DNA of 64,000 bases, from positions 434,001 to 498,000 of the forward strand of contig NW_003314298.1 in the NCBI RefSeq assembly GCF_000143415.4. The letters are read 5' to 3'. A program made the translations under genes and the position numbers. The notes beneath the pieces were generated by a model, which was given only the letters and a program-made list of their open reading frames with translations, was not told the origin of the DNA and did no database searches. The DNA is from Selaginella moellendorffii (taxonomy: Eukaryota; Plantae; Lycopodiophyta). This document shows positions 62,931 through 64,000 of this stretch, piece by piece; position 1 is the stretch's first letter, and each line of letters opens with the position of its first letter.

Positions 62931-64000
62931 CAAGACTATACTGGGCACCACAAGACTATAAACAGCATATAGATAGATAGAGAGCTATCAAGACATTGGC
63001 GATAACTTTGGAGACCTGCGTTGGAAACACACTCATGTGGCCCCACATGAATAATGTTAAAAAAGAGATGCCATAAATCCATTGCATTCATGTAGACAGG
63101 GTCCGTGCTTCCTCGTTGGGCACAAGGGGACCAGATAAACTTTTTGGAGGGTCACTTACACCCATCTTGATCTTGCGGACGGCTCAGATGCAAACTAAAT
63201 GTCCCAAGTAGAATATTCTTTTCATGATTCATGTGATTCATGCCCATCCCGCATGCGCATGCTAGAGAGTGCAAGCGGCGTCATAGCGGCAGCAGCGTAG
63301 GCACTCTCGCGCCGCTTGCAGCTCAGCTGCCAAGCAGGCGGTGGTGGGCTGCGATCGTGGGCGCAGCGGCGGCAAGCTCAAGCGTGGGCAGTGGCGGCCA
63401 GTGGGCTCATGGCTCGGCAGCCATGGCAGCAAGCTGTGAGTGGACAGCACCAAGCAGTGAGCATGGGTAGCAGTGGGCGGTGGTGAGCAGCATGGCTAGT
63501 GGCTTGCTCATGGCTCGTGAGTAGGAGGCTGCGAGTTGTGAGCTGTGAGTGGGGTGCAAGCCTGAGCAGGGTGAGGCAAGTGCATGGGTGGGTTTGTGAT
63601 CTACGTGGTGTGAAGAGGTGGCAAGGCAGTGGCAAGTTGCTGCAACGATGAGCTGCTAGTGAAGGTGTGGGCGTGGGGCTGAATTGTTGGTGATTAAGTT
63701 CATGTATATGTCTTATGCACAGCATATGAGGTGCATGGCATCGGCATTATATGGGCATGTGTACGCTTTATGTTTTCTTGAACTAACTAAATATCCAACT
63801 ACAAGCACATCGCTTAAGCAAACTTGTAGATAATAATAGATATACTAAGAATATGCTTGGATATTTTAGGTATTATTCATTTAGATTAATCTTGTATTTA
63901 CAATTTGTAAACATGTTTATAATTTATAAACTTTTCTAAACACCTTATAGAATATTCCCATCTAATGGTAATCTTGTTGTTATAAATATTTTTATAATTA

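Noticed and set aside
63240-63725. ORFs in the GC-rich GCA/GTG stretch
   Set aside because: Low-complexity sequence with no splice structure or recognisable domain.

Overview
Eukaryotic plant genomic DNA. The 50-90 nt GT-AG introns, very short intergenic spacers and early land-plant gene families suggest a compact lycophyte genome such as Selaginella (an inference). The window has three zones. (1) 1-32.0 kb is a transposon-dense block. It holds LTRs of a hexamer-array family, a young non-coding LTR element (LARD-like; 11941-19206; TSD GCAAT; tRNA-iMet PBS; near-identical LTRs) nested in older copies of itself, a decayed Ty3/gypsy pol, and a tandem pair of kiwellin/kissper-like secreted peptide genes. 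It also holds the strongest candidate for a new system: a decayed multi-exon gene (about 2.4-6.95 kb, minus strand) fusing a ParB/Srx-like domain to a beta-class N6A/N4C DNA methyltransferase-like domain, split by a solo LTR. (2) 32.4-57.6 kb is a dense gene island: HUS1, plastid 13-LOX, a Crinkler/REase-like remnant, a HUS1/LOX chimeric pseudogene, type II metacaspase, 2-oxoglutarate dehydrogenase E1, a HAD phosphatase, a KUP/HAK transporter, a MIKC*-type MADS gene, aspartylglucosaminidase, a 75-aa four-exon gene and PAC2. (3) 57.6-64 kb is a patchwork of gene fragments plus a divergent citrate synthase. Coordinates were read by eye, and family assignments rest on motif recognition, not database searches.
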